Below are positions 44,948 through 53,420 of a stretch of DNA of 53,420 nt, piece after piece. The stretch is from Candidatus Dojkabacteria bacterium (GTDB taxonomy: Bacteria; Patescibacteriota; Dojkabacteria; SC72), in NCBI GenBank assembly GCA_016182915.1, contig JACPFP010000001.1, forward strand, positions 1 through 53,420. Reading direction: 5' to 3'. A program made the translations under genes and the position numbers. A model generated the notes under the pieces. It made no database searches. It was not told the origin of the DNA and was given only the letters and a program-made list of their open reading frames with translations. Positions within the stretch are counted from its first letter, which is position 1; the number at the start of each line of letters is the position of its first letter.

Positions 44948-47823
44948 ATGCAGATGTATTTAAGTGGCAGAGAGAGTACTGGCCTGTACTAAACAATACT
45001 CTTTCTACACATATGGATGGTATTACACAGTTAACCTTAAGAGTTACAGATGGGAGTGAAGGAAGAAGTATATGGATCGATGATCTTAGATCTGTAGATA
45101 ACTATCTAACTAACCCTGCTGGTTCAACCATTACCTCCTCACTTGGAAACAGATACATGCAATATAGAGTGATAAATACATCCGTTGACCCGGCAGTCTC
45201 TAGTGCCGTGACAGTGGTAAACATGGACTACAACCTCAACATGGCACCAAATATCCCTACGTTAGATTCACCTAGCAACCTTTCTACAGGACAAGTATTT
45301 ACACCGCAGTTAAAAACCACCGCAATAGATAGTGATTTAGATTATGTGAGATACAAGATTGAATTATGTCAGAATCCACACATGACAATAGGCTGCCAGA
45401 CCTTTGATCAAACTTCTTCGCAGACAGGATGGAGTGGGCAGAACACAGAAACTTCAACTGCATATACTTCTGGTACGCAAGCCACCTATACCCTTCAAAC
45501 CAACCTTACCCAGGGCACAACCTACTACTGGAGATCATATGCAATTGACCCTGCAGGATTAAATACTTGGAGTTCAACACAAACAACCCCATATTCATTT
45601 GTAGTCAACGCAATTTCCAGATCTACTCAGAATAATGAATACGAGAGATTTATAGCGCGAAGAGAAAGCTCATATCCTTCAACCTCAGTCGGTTGGGCAA
45701 GTATTACGGGATCCGCAGAAACAGGGACGACAGCATCCACAAATGGTTGGATTGCGGGATCAAACTTCACAGTAGGAGATAAATACCTCATACTTGTATG
45801 GGGATCACACCAGACGGATAGCAGCTCATCCCGAAGCGGAATTAGAGTAAAGCATGGGTCAACATCGTTTACAGAGTCAGAGGCAATAGAGATAACTAAC
45901 CAGACTTCAAGTTCATATAAAACACCATATTTCTGGTTTACAGTCTGGGATGGACTAAATGAAAATATTGAAGCAGAAATCTACTGGAACGGTGGAGCCC
46001 CTGGAACAGAAGCGAGGGTTGAGGATGTAACTTTAATCGCTTTAAATGTAACAGACCTTATAACGGCTAACAATCTTAAATATAATATTTCGAATGTAGG
46101 TGGACCACTTGACCAAACATTCACAAGCAAATCGGTAGTTTCATTCACACCAGCTACTAACAATGACCTCTGGTGGATAATGGGATACTCAAAGGCAAAT
46201 TTCACACAATATAACAGTGATGACTACCAAGCAAGATTGAACATAAACGGGAGTATTAAATCAACTATGACAACCTCTGTTATATATGATTCAGATACCC
46301 CAGTATATGGAATTGGAACTGTAGCTCAACTCCCTAATTCTGTTCAAAATATTGACCTTGAATTAAGAGAAAGCGGTGATAATCACGACTGGGACTCAGC
46401 AGGAGTATTTGCTTTAAGACTAAACTCATTTGACAGCTTCATGGCCGATCACACGGCAGGAAACGGACCAACAATGTCAACACCAAGCGATTGGGTAGAG
46501 CAGAACTCCCTTGATATCCTTCTTCGAAAAACAGGCTCATTTATAACCGCTTCAGGTGCTATTGTTGACGACGCTGGCGCAAGAGTAATTAACAGACTTC
46601 AAAGCTCTGACATAAACATAACTGATGATATTGGAGGATGGAGACAGCAAGCAGGGGATAGGCTCGCTGTAACCTTGGGTGACATTAATATCGGTTATAC
46701 AAGTGGTTTAAAAAATATAGATATGGACTCCCAAACGACCCTCGCAGGCAGTGCTTCACTAAGTGATACATGGACTGTTGGATTCTCTTTGGAAAGAGCC
46801 GGCTCAGGACCAAACCTAGACCTACCGGTGAACTCAGCGACAAATCAAAAACTGAAACCACAACTCAGAGTTACATCGATAGATCCAGACTCCGATACCC
46901 TAAAATATAAAATTGATTTCTGTACGGATCTAGCAATGACCCTAAACTGTCAGACTTTCAATCAGGTATCATCTCAAACCGGATGGAGTGGACAGAACTC
47001 ACACTCAAGCACACGTTATACATCAGGAACTCAGGCTACATACACAATTCAATCTGATCTTAGCATTAACTCAACATACTACTGGCGAGCATACTCAATA
47101 GACCCCGACGGAACAAATACATTTACACCTGCCAGTCCCGTACACTCATTTACAACAACCCAAACTCCATACGCTCCAACCCTTATCGAAATTGAAGGGG
47201 TAACAAACCCTACAGAGGTAAGCGACATTACCCCTGAAATCAGTGCTGTACACACCGACCCGGATGGAGATAGTGCCAACTTTATACAAATTCAAGTTAA
47301 CACAGCTTCCGACTTTACTGGAACATCCAAATGGAATACGGGCCAGTTAGCCATGACAACAACAGCAAATGGAGTTCGTTCACCCCTTATTATTTATGGT
47401 GGCAGTGCGCTAAACCTACAAGCACAAACATACTACGTAAGGGTCAAATTCTGGGATGTAAACGGAGCAGAAAGCCCATGGTCAACAACCGCACAATTCA
47501 CTATGGATACTTTAGACCCTCCAACAGGTTGCCATTTAGTCGATAGTGATTTAACAGACACATCAATTGTAATAAGGTGGAACGATATAAGTACGATTGA
47601 AGGTGGATATAGAATCCAAAAAAGTACAAACGGAGGAACATTCTCAACCCTTATAGACAAAGCCGCAGACTCAGTAACTCACACTGATACAATAGTTCCC
47701 GGATTTACATACTCATATAGAATAGCCGCATCACTCTCCGGACTCTATTCCACATACTGTACAACATCTACCTCAGACGCCAACCCAGGAAACATCAGGT
47801 TTGAGGGGATAATATTCCAGTAA
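44932..47823 (+). CDS. FN3-like/beta-sandwich repeat protein (963 aa) with no export signal; possibly the C-terminal continuation of the preceding giant ORF
   Basis: Overlaps the upstream ORF by 16 nt in the -1 frame. Two homologous Cys-pair modules (C..P.MT.GCQTFDQ.SSQTGWSGQN...YYWR.Y.IDP). A terminal FN3-like segment IVIRWNDIS...GFTYSYRIAA. No N-terminal hydrophobic segment. Confidence 0.6.
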   Translation: MGHTVNADVFKWQREYWPVLNNTLSTHMDGITQLTLRVTDGSEGRSIWIDDLRSVDNYLTNPAGSTITSSLGNRYMQYRVINTSVDPAVSSAVTVVNMDYNLNMAPNIPTLDSPSNLSTGQVFTPQLKTTAIDSDLDYVRYKIELCQNPHMTIGCQTFDQTSSQTGWSGQNTETSTAYTSGTQATYTLQTNLTQGTTYYWRSYAIDPAGLNTWSSTQTTPYSFVVNAISRSTQNNEYERFIARRESSYPSTSVGWASITGSAETGTTASTNGWIAGSNFTVGDKYLILVWGSHQTDSSSSRSGIRVKHGSTSFTESEAIEITNQTSSSYKTPYFWFTVWDGLNENIEAEIYWNGGAPGTEARVEDVTLIALNVTDLITANNLKYNISNVGGPLDQTFTSKSVVSFTPATNNDLWWIMGYSKANFTQYNSDDYQARLNINGSIKSTMTTSVIYDSDTPVYGIGTVAQLPNSVQNIDLELRESGDNHDWDSAGVFALRLNSFDSFMADHTAGNGPTMSTPSDWVEQNSLDILLRKTGSFITASGAIVDDAGARVINRLQSSDINITDDIGGWRQQAGDRLAVTLGDINIGYTSGLKNIDMDSQTTLAGSASLSDTWTVGFSLERAGSGPNLDLPVNSATNQKLKPQLRVTSIDPDSDTLKYKIDFCTDLAMTLNCQTFNQVSSQTGWSGQNSHSSTRYTSGTQATYTIQSDLSINSTYYWRAYSIDPDGTNTFTPASPVHSFTTTQTPYAPTLIEIEGVTNPTEVSDITPEISAVHTDPDGDSANFIQIQVNTASDFTGTSKWNTGQLAMTTTANGVRSPLIIYGGSALNLQAQTYYVRVKFWDVNGAESPWSTTAQFTMDTLDPPTGCHLVDSDLTDTSIVIRWNDISTIEGGYRIQKSTNGGTFSTLIDKAADSVTHTDTIVPGFTYSYRIAASLSGLYSTYCTTSTSDANPGNIRFEGIIFQ

Positions 47824-47828
47824 TATAA

Positions 47829-50800
47829 ATGAAATTGACACTCATAAAAAACATAAATATGATTAAAGATGTGGACATAAAAAAGATAGCCAGTAAATAT
47901 AGAAAGACAATTGAAACAACCTTTCTGGGAGTACTATTTGTACTTCCGATTCTCCTCTTCTACATTAAGTATAACTACGAATACTATCCAACCTTTAAAA
48001 CTACGGATAATGGAGGGTATACAGTAGCAAATAGCACATACTCTTCAAACCTTAACCTCTCTAAGGAAAATCAACCTATTATAAGTTTTAAGCTAACAGA
48101 TCATACCTCCAATATTGAGCTTCAGTTGAAAAGCAAGGATAAATATGAGGCAAAGCTAGATAGAAAGAAAAATAAAATTGTATATACGAACAAGGGATCA
48201 GATAAAGTCAGAATTGAGTATACATCCCTTAACAATGGAATTAAAGAAGATATAATATTCCAAGAACCTCCAAGAGGTTATGTAATGCCTTTCACACTGA
48301 AAACAGAAAGCATCCTCATGCCACAGAAAATAGGTGACTACATGCAACCAACCTTCTACGACAGCAAAGGAAACTACCAATTTCATCTCGAAAAACCCTT
48401 CGCCATTGATGCTGCGAACCATAGAAGTGATGATTTCTCATATACAATTAAAAAGGTAGAAGGAGGATATGAGGTGAGGTTAAATTATGATTATAAATGG
48501 TTAAGAAGCTCGAATACTAAATATCCAGTCGTAATAGACCCAACGATACTCCATGATACAACAGCTGAATTTGCAACAGGACAATTTAACAGATCAAAAG
48601 ATGTAGGCTCAGGATCAAGTCCAAAGATAGAAACATACTACCAAGAAAGTACTAATGATTCACATACCGTAGGATTATGGCACTTAAATGAAGCATCTGG
48701 ATCCTCGATAACAGATTTTTCGGGGAGGGGCAACACCGGTACAGCAACTGGAACAACCGTAGTAACAGGGATATTAGATAATGCCCGAAGCTTTAACGGA
48801 TCAAGCGATTACGTCAGCCTTGGAAGTTCAACTGACCTCAGGGTTGAAACAGATAGTTTTACACTCGAGACATGGATTAAACCAGCTACAAATCTTGCGA
48901 CAGGCACCAGAGGTGCAATTCTTGCTTACTATACCCCTGGGTGGATATTGGATGTTGTAGATGACGCGGATGTAGAAGGATATCGTTTTTACAATGGATC
49001 TACTTCCTACAAAGTAAATGCTCCCAATAATTTATTATCACTAGATTGGACACACTTCGCCGTAACTTGGGATAGGGGAACATCTCTCCTTACCATTTAC
49101 CTAAATGGAGAGGCACAGCAAACTTTTTCAGTAACATCAGTAACCACATCTACAAATCCCCTTCTAATGGGGAAACGAACCGATGGAAATTACTTCAATG
49201 GGATAATAGATGAAGTTCGGATTAGTAATATAGCCCGTACTCCAGAGGAGATTAAACAAACAGCTCAAAGAAGACCCTCTTCTACTTACACTTCAGAGGT
49301 TATAGACCTTACAAACCAAGCATTAGCATGGAATGCCTTCGGATGGGAAGAGAATGGTGTAGGGACAGGGGACGGAGAAACATTATTTAGTACAGCAAAC
49401 TTAATTGCTAAATGGAATTTTAATGAGCTAAGTGGAACTACGTCCAATAATGATGCAGAAGGAACAAGCTGTGGAGGTACTCCAGCAAACTGTGATGGAA
49501 CACTTACGGGCTTTGACTCTACAGCTTCACAAGATGCAGATCCTGATTCCTCATGGACAGCAAACAACAAGCGGTGGGGAGCCGGAGCACTGCAGTTTGA
49601 TGGGATAAATAGCTATGTTTCTTGCACAGATATCAACTGTGGTGGGATAAGCGCACTTGATATGAGCACAAGATTAACTACCTATTCCTGGGGAACCTGG
49701 ATAAATACCATTCAAACACCAAGTGCATCAACCGATATTATTAGTAAACGTAATGGGACAACACCTGCCGCGGGATACACTATGTATCTTGCAACCTCTG
49801 GGCTTATAGCTTGCCAAATAGCTGATGGAACCGCAAGTGCCTACACGGTATCGCTTAACAAGATTAATGATGGACTATGGCACTACATAGTATGCACTAA
49901 TGATGGAACGAATATTAAAATTTATGTGGATGGAAAGTTTAATAATTTAGCATCAACCAGTTCCGTTACAGGCAGCATTAACACGTCAGAAAACTTCTCG
50001 ATAGGTAGAAACAATAATGGCACATATTTTAATGGTATTATTGATTCTGTAGCAATTTTCTCGCGATCTCTCCCGGCTTCCGAGATACTTAGCAACTATA
50101 ATGCATCAAATATTGAATTACAAACAAGAGTTGGAAGTGACACTTCTCCAGATGATGGTAATTGGGAAGCCTGGAAGCCAACAACCGGTGAGACGGCTAT
50201 CGACACCTACGATGGGACATATCAATACAATACAACAGACAGTAATCTTGTAGCATACTATCCAATGGATGAATCAACTAATAACACCTGTGCCGGCGGT
50301 GAGGATATTTGTGACAAAAAAAATAGCTATCATGGCACTGAAACCAGTACAGATATAGTTAGCGGAAAATACGGTAATGCACGAGGTTTTGATAGTATAA
50401 ATGACAATATAATACTTTCAAGTGAGGGTAGTAATTTATCCTTAAACAACTATTCTGTAAGTGCCTGGGTCAATAAATTAACTACCTCAACAGGTACTCA
50501 CATAATCGTAGACAATAGAGATTCTGGAAGTGATGGTTGGATGCTATGGGCAACATCTTCTAATTTTGTATGTAGATATAACGCAACAGATGTTACAGGT
50601 ACAACAACTGTAAGTTTTGGAGTTTGGTACCACGTAGGCTGTATTTCAGATGGCTCTACTTTAAAAATATATGTTAATGGATTACTGGAAAATTCAGGTG
50701 CGATTACCGGTAATATTGCAGAGACAACGAACGCCTCTATAGGAGGGCGAAGTTTTTCTACTCCGAATAACAATTTTCCAGGGAATATAGATGAAGTTCG

Positions 50801-53420
50801 TATTTACAACACAAATATATCTGCGACCCTGTTCAGACAGCAATTTATTGAAGGCTCAACAAACGCGACCACATTACTCCCATCAAATGACTCTATAGCC
50901 AAAGTTGATGGGACATCAAGTCAAAAAATCAATATCGGAAATCCAGTAGTTGACGCCAGTACAATAGCTCTTTGGCATTTGGATGAAACAGGAGGTACAG
51001 GAGCGTATCTCAAAGATTCGACCTCCAATGCAAACAATGGTACTCCAACAGGAACAACAATAGCAAAAGGTATATCAGGCAAGGCAAGAACTTTTAATGG
51101 AACAAGTGATTATATTGACGCAGGATCAAGTTCAACCCTAAAGTTTACTCTCACAGACAATTTTTCAATATCAGGGTGGGTAAATGTTGTCTCAGATTCA
51201 ACCGAAAGAGTAATAGTTGGTAATGGATGGTCTACTTCTGGCTATCATCTCCGAATGACGTCAGGAAATAAGCTTAGATTTATAATTATTCATGATGGAT
51301 CAAATTATAAATATACAGATAGTTCTGACGTAATTACCTCTGGCTGGCATTATGTAGTGGCCACATGGAATGGGAGTTCAACAACCCTTTACGTTGACGG
51401 TAAACAAACTGGAAGTCAAATAACTGTCGGTACTGTAACCAATATTACTAGTTCACTTAACTTTTATGTTGGTAATGTATCCGGACAAACAGCCTATTTC
51501 AAAGGTACTATTGATGAGCTAAGGGTTCATAATGTAGCACTAACGGCAGAAGAGATTGCAGAATCGTACCGTATGGGAAGTAACCACTATATAAATAAAA
51601 CCATCACTTCAACAAACCTTTCGTCAAAATCCTCCCTACCTTTCTACATCGCAGCGGATAGACCTGGTACATATCTTCAAACAACAGTTGGGGAATCTGC
51701 CTATGCTAACTACCAGCCGGATGCAAATACTGTAGGTCTTTGGCATTTGGACGAGATAGGAGGAAGTATTTCAAGCCTTAAAGATAGCAGTGGGAATAGT
51801 TATGATGGAAATGCCCTTTATGCCACTGGAGGAACAATAACATACTCAGGTGGTTATACAATACATACTTTTACTTCCAGTGGTTCTTTTGTTACCTCCG
51901 GATCTAGAAATGTAGAAGTATTAGTGGTGGGAGGAGGAGGAGGAGGAGGAGGGACTAATGGTGGTGGAGCAGTAGGAGGTGGTGGGGGTGGGGGTCAAGT
52001 TGCATATAACGCAAGTTATACCGCAAATGGTGCTATTACTGTTACCGTAGGAGCCGCTGGAGCTCGTGGACAATGTGGTAACGTTGGCGATGGATGCCCC
52101 TATGCAACGGGAACAGCAGGTAGCAATGGAGGAAGTTCTATTTTTGGGTCGATTACCGCAGTTGGTGGTGGTGGTGGTGGATTAGGTAACGGTGGATCTG
52201 GATTAAGCGGAGCTAGTGGTGGTGGTGGTGGTACATACTTTGGAGCAGGAGGTTCTGCAACTGCCGGGTACTCTGGAGGACAAGGTTCTGACTGTAATAC
52301 TCCATGTAGAGCAGGCGGTGGTGGTGGTGCAGGTGCTGCAGGAGCGTCTGGCGCAACAACTGGTAACGGTGGTAATGGTGTAGCAAATTCAATCTCAGGG
52401 GTAAGTACATACTATGGAGGTGGAGCTGCAGGAAATGGATACTCAAATAATAACGGAGCAGCTGGACTTGGTGGTGGTGCAACTGGTTATGTTTGCTCCG
52501 TTAATGGATCAACAGGTTGTACAAATGGAGCTAGTGGTACAGCAAATACTGGTGGTGGTGGTGCTGGTGCAAGTGGAAGTTCGCGTGGATGGGGTGGGCT
52601 TGGTGGTTCTGGTATTGTTATTGTGAGGTACCCAACTTCGTATACCGGAACAGAAGTAGAAGGAAAAGTTGGAATAGGAAGGAGTTTTAATGGAACAAGT
52701 GATGGAATAGTACAAAGCAGTGGAAGCAATGTAAACGTAACTGGCGATATAACAGTTGAAGCCTGGATAAATCCTTCAACCCTAACAGGAAGCAATAATA
52801 CGATAGTCCACAAAGACTCTCAATACAGCCTCACAATTCGAACCACAGATAATTATGTCGCATGGGCAGACAGCTCAAACTGGAGTTATGCAAATTTCGG
52901 TTTTTCAGATATAGGACTACAACTTAATAAGTGGCAACATATTGCAGCTACTAAAACAGGAGGCGTAGTTAAAATATATCTTAACGGCGTGGAAAAGGTA
53001 TCTAAATCATTTGGAAGTGCTTTAACTAGTACATCAAATGTCATGGCGATTGGTTGCTACGCAGGTGCAACCAGCTGTTCAAGTCACTATTTCCCCGGAT
53101 CTATTGATGAAGTACGTATTAGTAATATAGCTCGCAATGCCTCTGAAATCAGACAAGCATATGAAGCTGGCCTGAGATCTCATCAAATAACTATAGACTT
53201 CGGTGCTAAACTGGATAGTGGAAACCTCATTGCGGATACGAGCGATCTCTCTTTCACCGTGGATGCTACATACTATGGACTACAAAACAAAGGAGATAAA
53301 ATATTCTCTGGAGAGAAGATTATCATTAGAGAGAACTACAATGGAACAGAATACAAGGCTCAAGGAACTGTAACAGCTGTAAACAAGAGTACTGGTGCTA
53401 TAACCGTATCCTCATGGGAC
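47829..53420 (+). CDS. Second giant LamG/glycine-rich surface protein, paralogue of 38990-44947, 3'-partial (open to the window end, at least 1864 codons); not in the supplied ORF track
   Basis: ATG 47829. I translated 47829 to about 48850, about 49460-49620, 51822-52860 and the last 300 nt by hand, all in the same frame (47829+3n) with no stop. TM segment TFLGVLFVLPILLFYI. The N-terminal block YPVVIDPTILHDTTAEFATGQFNRSKDVGSGSSPKIETYYQESTND matches the first giant ORF. The track lists no stop-terminated + ORF there. Confidence 0.8.
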   Translation, partial: MKLTLIKNINMIKDVDIKKIASKYRKTIETTFLGVLFVLPILLFYIKYNYEYYPTFKTTDNGGYTVANSTYSSNLNLSKENQPIISFKLTDHTSNIELQLKSKDKYEAKLDRKKNKIVYTNKGSDKVRIEYTSLNNGIKEDIIFQEPPRGYVMPFTLKTESILMPQKIGDYMQPTFYDSKGNYQFHLEKPFAIDAANHRSDDFSYTIKKVEGGYEVRLNYDYKWLRSSNTKYPVVIDPTILHDTTAEFATGQFNRSKDVGSGSSPKIETYYQESTNDSHTVGLWHLNEASGSSITDFSGRGNTGTATGTTVVTGILDNARSFNGSSDYVSLGSSTDLRVETDSFTLETWIKPATNLATGTRGAILAYYTPGWILDVVDDADVEGYRFYNGSTSYKVNAPNNLLSLDWTHFAVTWDRGTSLLTIYLNGEAQQTFSVTSVTTSTNPLLMGKRTDGNYFNGIIDEVRISNIARTPEEIKQTAQRRPSSTYTSEVIDLTNQALAWNAFGWEENGVGTGDGETLFSTANLIAKWNFNELSGTTSNNDAEGTSCGGTPANCDGTLTGFDSTASQDADPDSSWTANNKRWGAGALQFDGINSYVSCTDINCGGISALDMSTRLTTYSWGTWINTIQTPSASTDIISKRNGTTPAAGYTMYLATSGLIACQIADGTASAYTVSLNKINDGLWHYIVCTNDGTNIKIYVDGKFNNLASTSSVTGSINTSENFSIGRNNNGTYFNGIIDSVAIFSRSLPASEILSNYNASNIELQTRVGSDTSPDDGNWEAWKPTTGETAIDTYDGTYQYNTTDSNLVAYYPMDESTNNTCAGGEDICDKKNSYHGTETSTDIVSGKYGNARGFDSINDNIILSSEGSNLSLNNYSVSAWVNKLTTSTGTHIIVDNRDSGSDGWMLWATSSNFVCRYNATDVTGTTTVSFGVWYHVGCISDGSTLKIYVNGLLENSGAITGNIAETTNASIGGRSFSTPNNNFPGNIDEVRIYNTNISATLFRQQFIEGSTNATTLLPSNDSIAKVDGTSSQKINIGNPVVDASTIALWHLDETGGTGAYLKDSTSNANNGTPTGTTIAKGISGKARTFNGTSDYIDAGSSSTLKFTLTDNFSISGWVNVVSDSTERVIVGNGWSTSGYHLRMTSGNKLRFIIIHDGSNYKYTDSSDVITSGWHYVVATWNGSSTTLYVDGKQTGSQITVGTVTNITSSLNFYVGNVSGQTAYFKGTIDELRVHNVALTAEEIAESYRMGSNHYINKTITSTNLSSKSSLPFYIAADRPGTYLQTTVGESAYANYQPDANTVGLWHLDEIGGSISSLKDSSGNSYDGNALYATGGTITYSGGYTIHTFTSSGSFVTSGSRNVEVLVVGGGGGGGGTNGGGAVGGGGGGGQVAYNASYTANGAITVTVGAAGARGQCGNVGDGCPYATGTAGSNGGSSIFGSITAVGGGGGGLGNGGSGLSGASGGGGGTYFGAGGSATAGYSGGQGSDCNTPCRAGGGGGAGAAGASGATTGNGGNGVANSISGVSTYYGGGAAGNGYSNNNGAAGLGGGATGYVCSVNGSTGCTNGASGTANTGGGGAGASGSSRGWGGLGGSGIVIVRYPTSYTGTEVEGKVGIGRSFNGTSDGIVQSSGSNVNVTGDITVEAWINPSTLTGSNNTIVHKDSQYSLTIRTTDNYVAWADSSNWSYANFGFSDIGLQLNKWQHIAATKTGGVVKIYLNGVEKVSKSFGSALTSTSNVMAIGCYAGATSCSSHYFPGSIDEVRISNIARNASEIRQAYEAGLRSHQITIDFGAKLDSGNLIADTSDLSFTVDATYYGLQNKGDKIFSGEKIIIRENYNGTEYKAQGTVTAVNKSTGAITVSSWD
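51822..52634 (+). other. Glycine-rich module, copy 2
   Basis: ATGGTITYSGGYTIHTFTSSGSFVTSGSRNVEVLVVGGGGGGGGT...GGLGGSGIVIVRYP. A (GGA)7 run lies at 51930-51950. Confidence 0.7.
53123..53420 (+). repeat. Conserved 3' module shared by the two giant ORFs (copy 2, truncated by the window end)
   Basis: See 44641-44938. The terminal 141 nt (53280-53420) are identical to 44798-44938. Confidence 0.85.

Noticed and set aside
1-53420. Alternative genetic code (UGA read as an amino acid, as in some candidate phyla).
   Set aside because: Several well-delimited genes end at TGA with normal lengths and ATGA start-stop overlaps (mraZ/rsmH, recG/SpoU-family gene). The first giant ORF also ends at TGA.
1-53420. 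Scan for CRISPR arrays, cas genes, a reverse transcriptase or DGR, toxin-antitoxin pairs, and rRNA genes.
   Set aside because: No spaced direct-repeat array and no RT, Cas or rRNA-like sequence was recognised. The only repeats are coding repeats and the features reported above.

Overview
AT-rich, gene-dense bacterial window using the standard genetic code. Neighbouring genes often overlap by 4-16 nt, and few Shine-Dalgarno motifs are recognisable. Gene content and style fit a Patescibacteria/CPR-type genome, but that placement is inference only.

The window has three parts.

(1) 1-3941 is the right end of a putative integrative element. It carries a TOPRIM/P-loop primase-helicase-like gene, a structured spacer and a large serine recombinase. 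The recombinase ORF reads 66 nt into the 3' end of an antisense tRNA-His.

(2) About 4.0-38.9 kb is housekeeping.
- General genes: def, CapA-like, surE, secG, pyk, Nudix hydrolases, several SAM methyltransferases, tatD, rsmI, rarA, recG, a SpoU-family methylase and FemAB.
- RNA genes and elements: tRNA-Leu(CAG), tRNA-Cys, tRNA-Leu(TAA), and tyrS behind a T-box leader.
- A split and rearranged dcw cluster: ftsW-murG-mraY, with murF convergent on the minus strand, then an alpha/beta hydrolase and an Erm-like rRNA methyltransferase, then mraZ-rsmH-ftsL-ftsI.

(3) 38990-53420 is a tandem locus of giant N-terminally membrane-anchored proteins built from LamG-like modules plus an unusual glycine-rich module.
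- A 1985-aa ORF is overlapped by 16 nt by a 963-aa FN3-like repeat ORF that has no export signal.
- A paralogous third ORF starts at 47829 and is absent from the ORF track because it stays open to the window end.
- Its last 141 nt are identical to the end of the first giant ORF.

A recurring pattern across the window is a TATAAT-like, often TGn-extended, -10 hexamer 5-7 nt upstream of the ATG of operon-leading genes, which suggests leaderless mRNAs. No CRISPR array, rRNA gene, cas gene or reverse transcriptase was seen.
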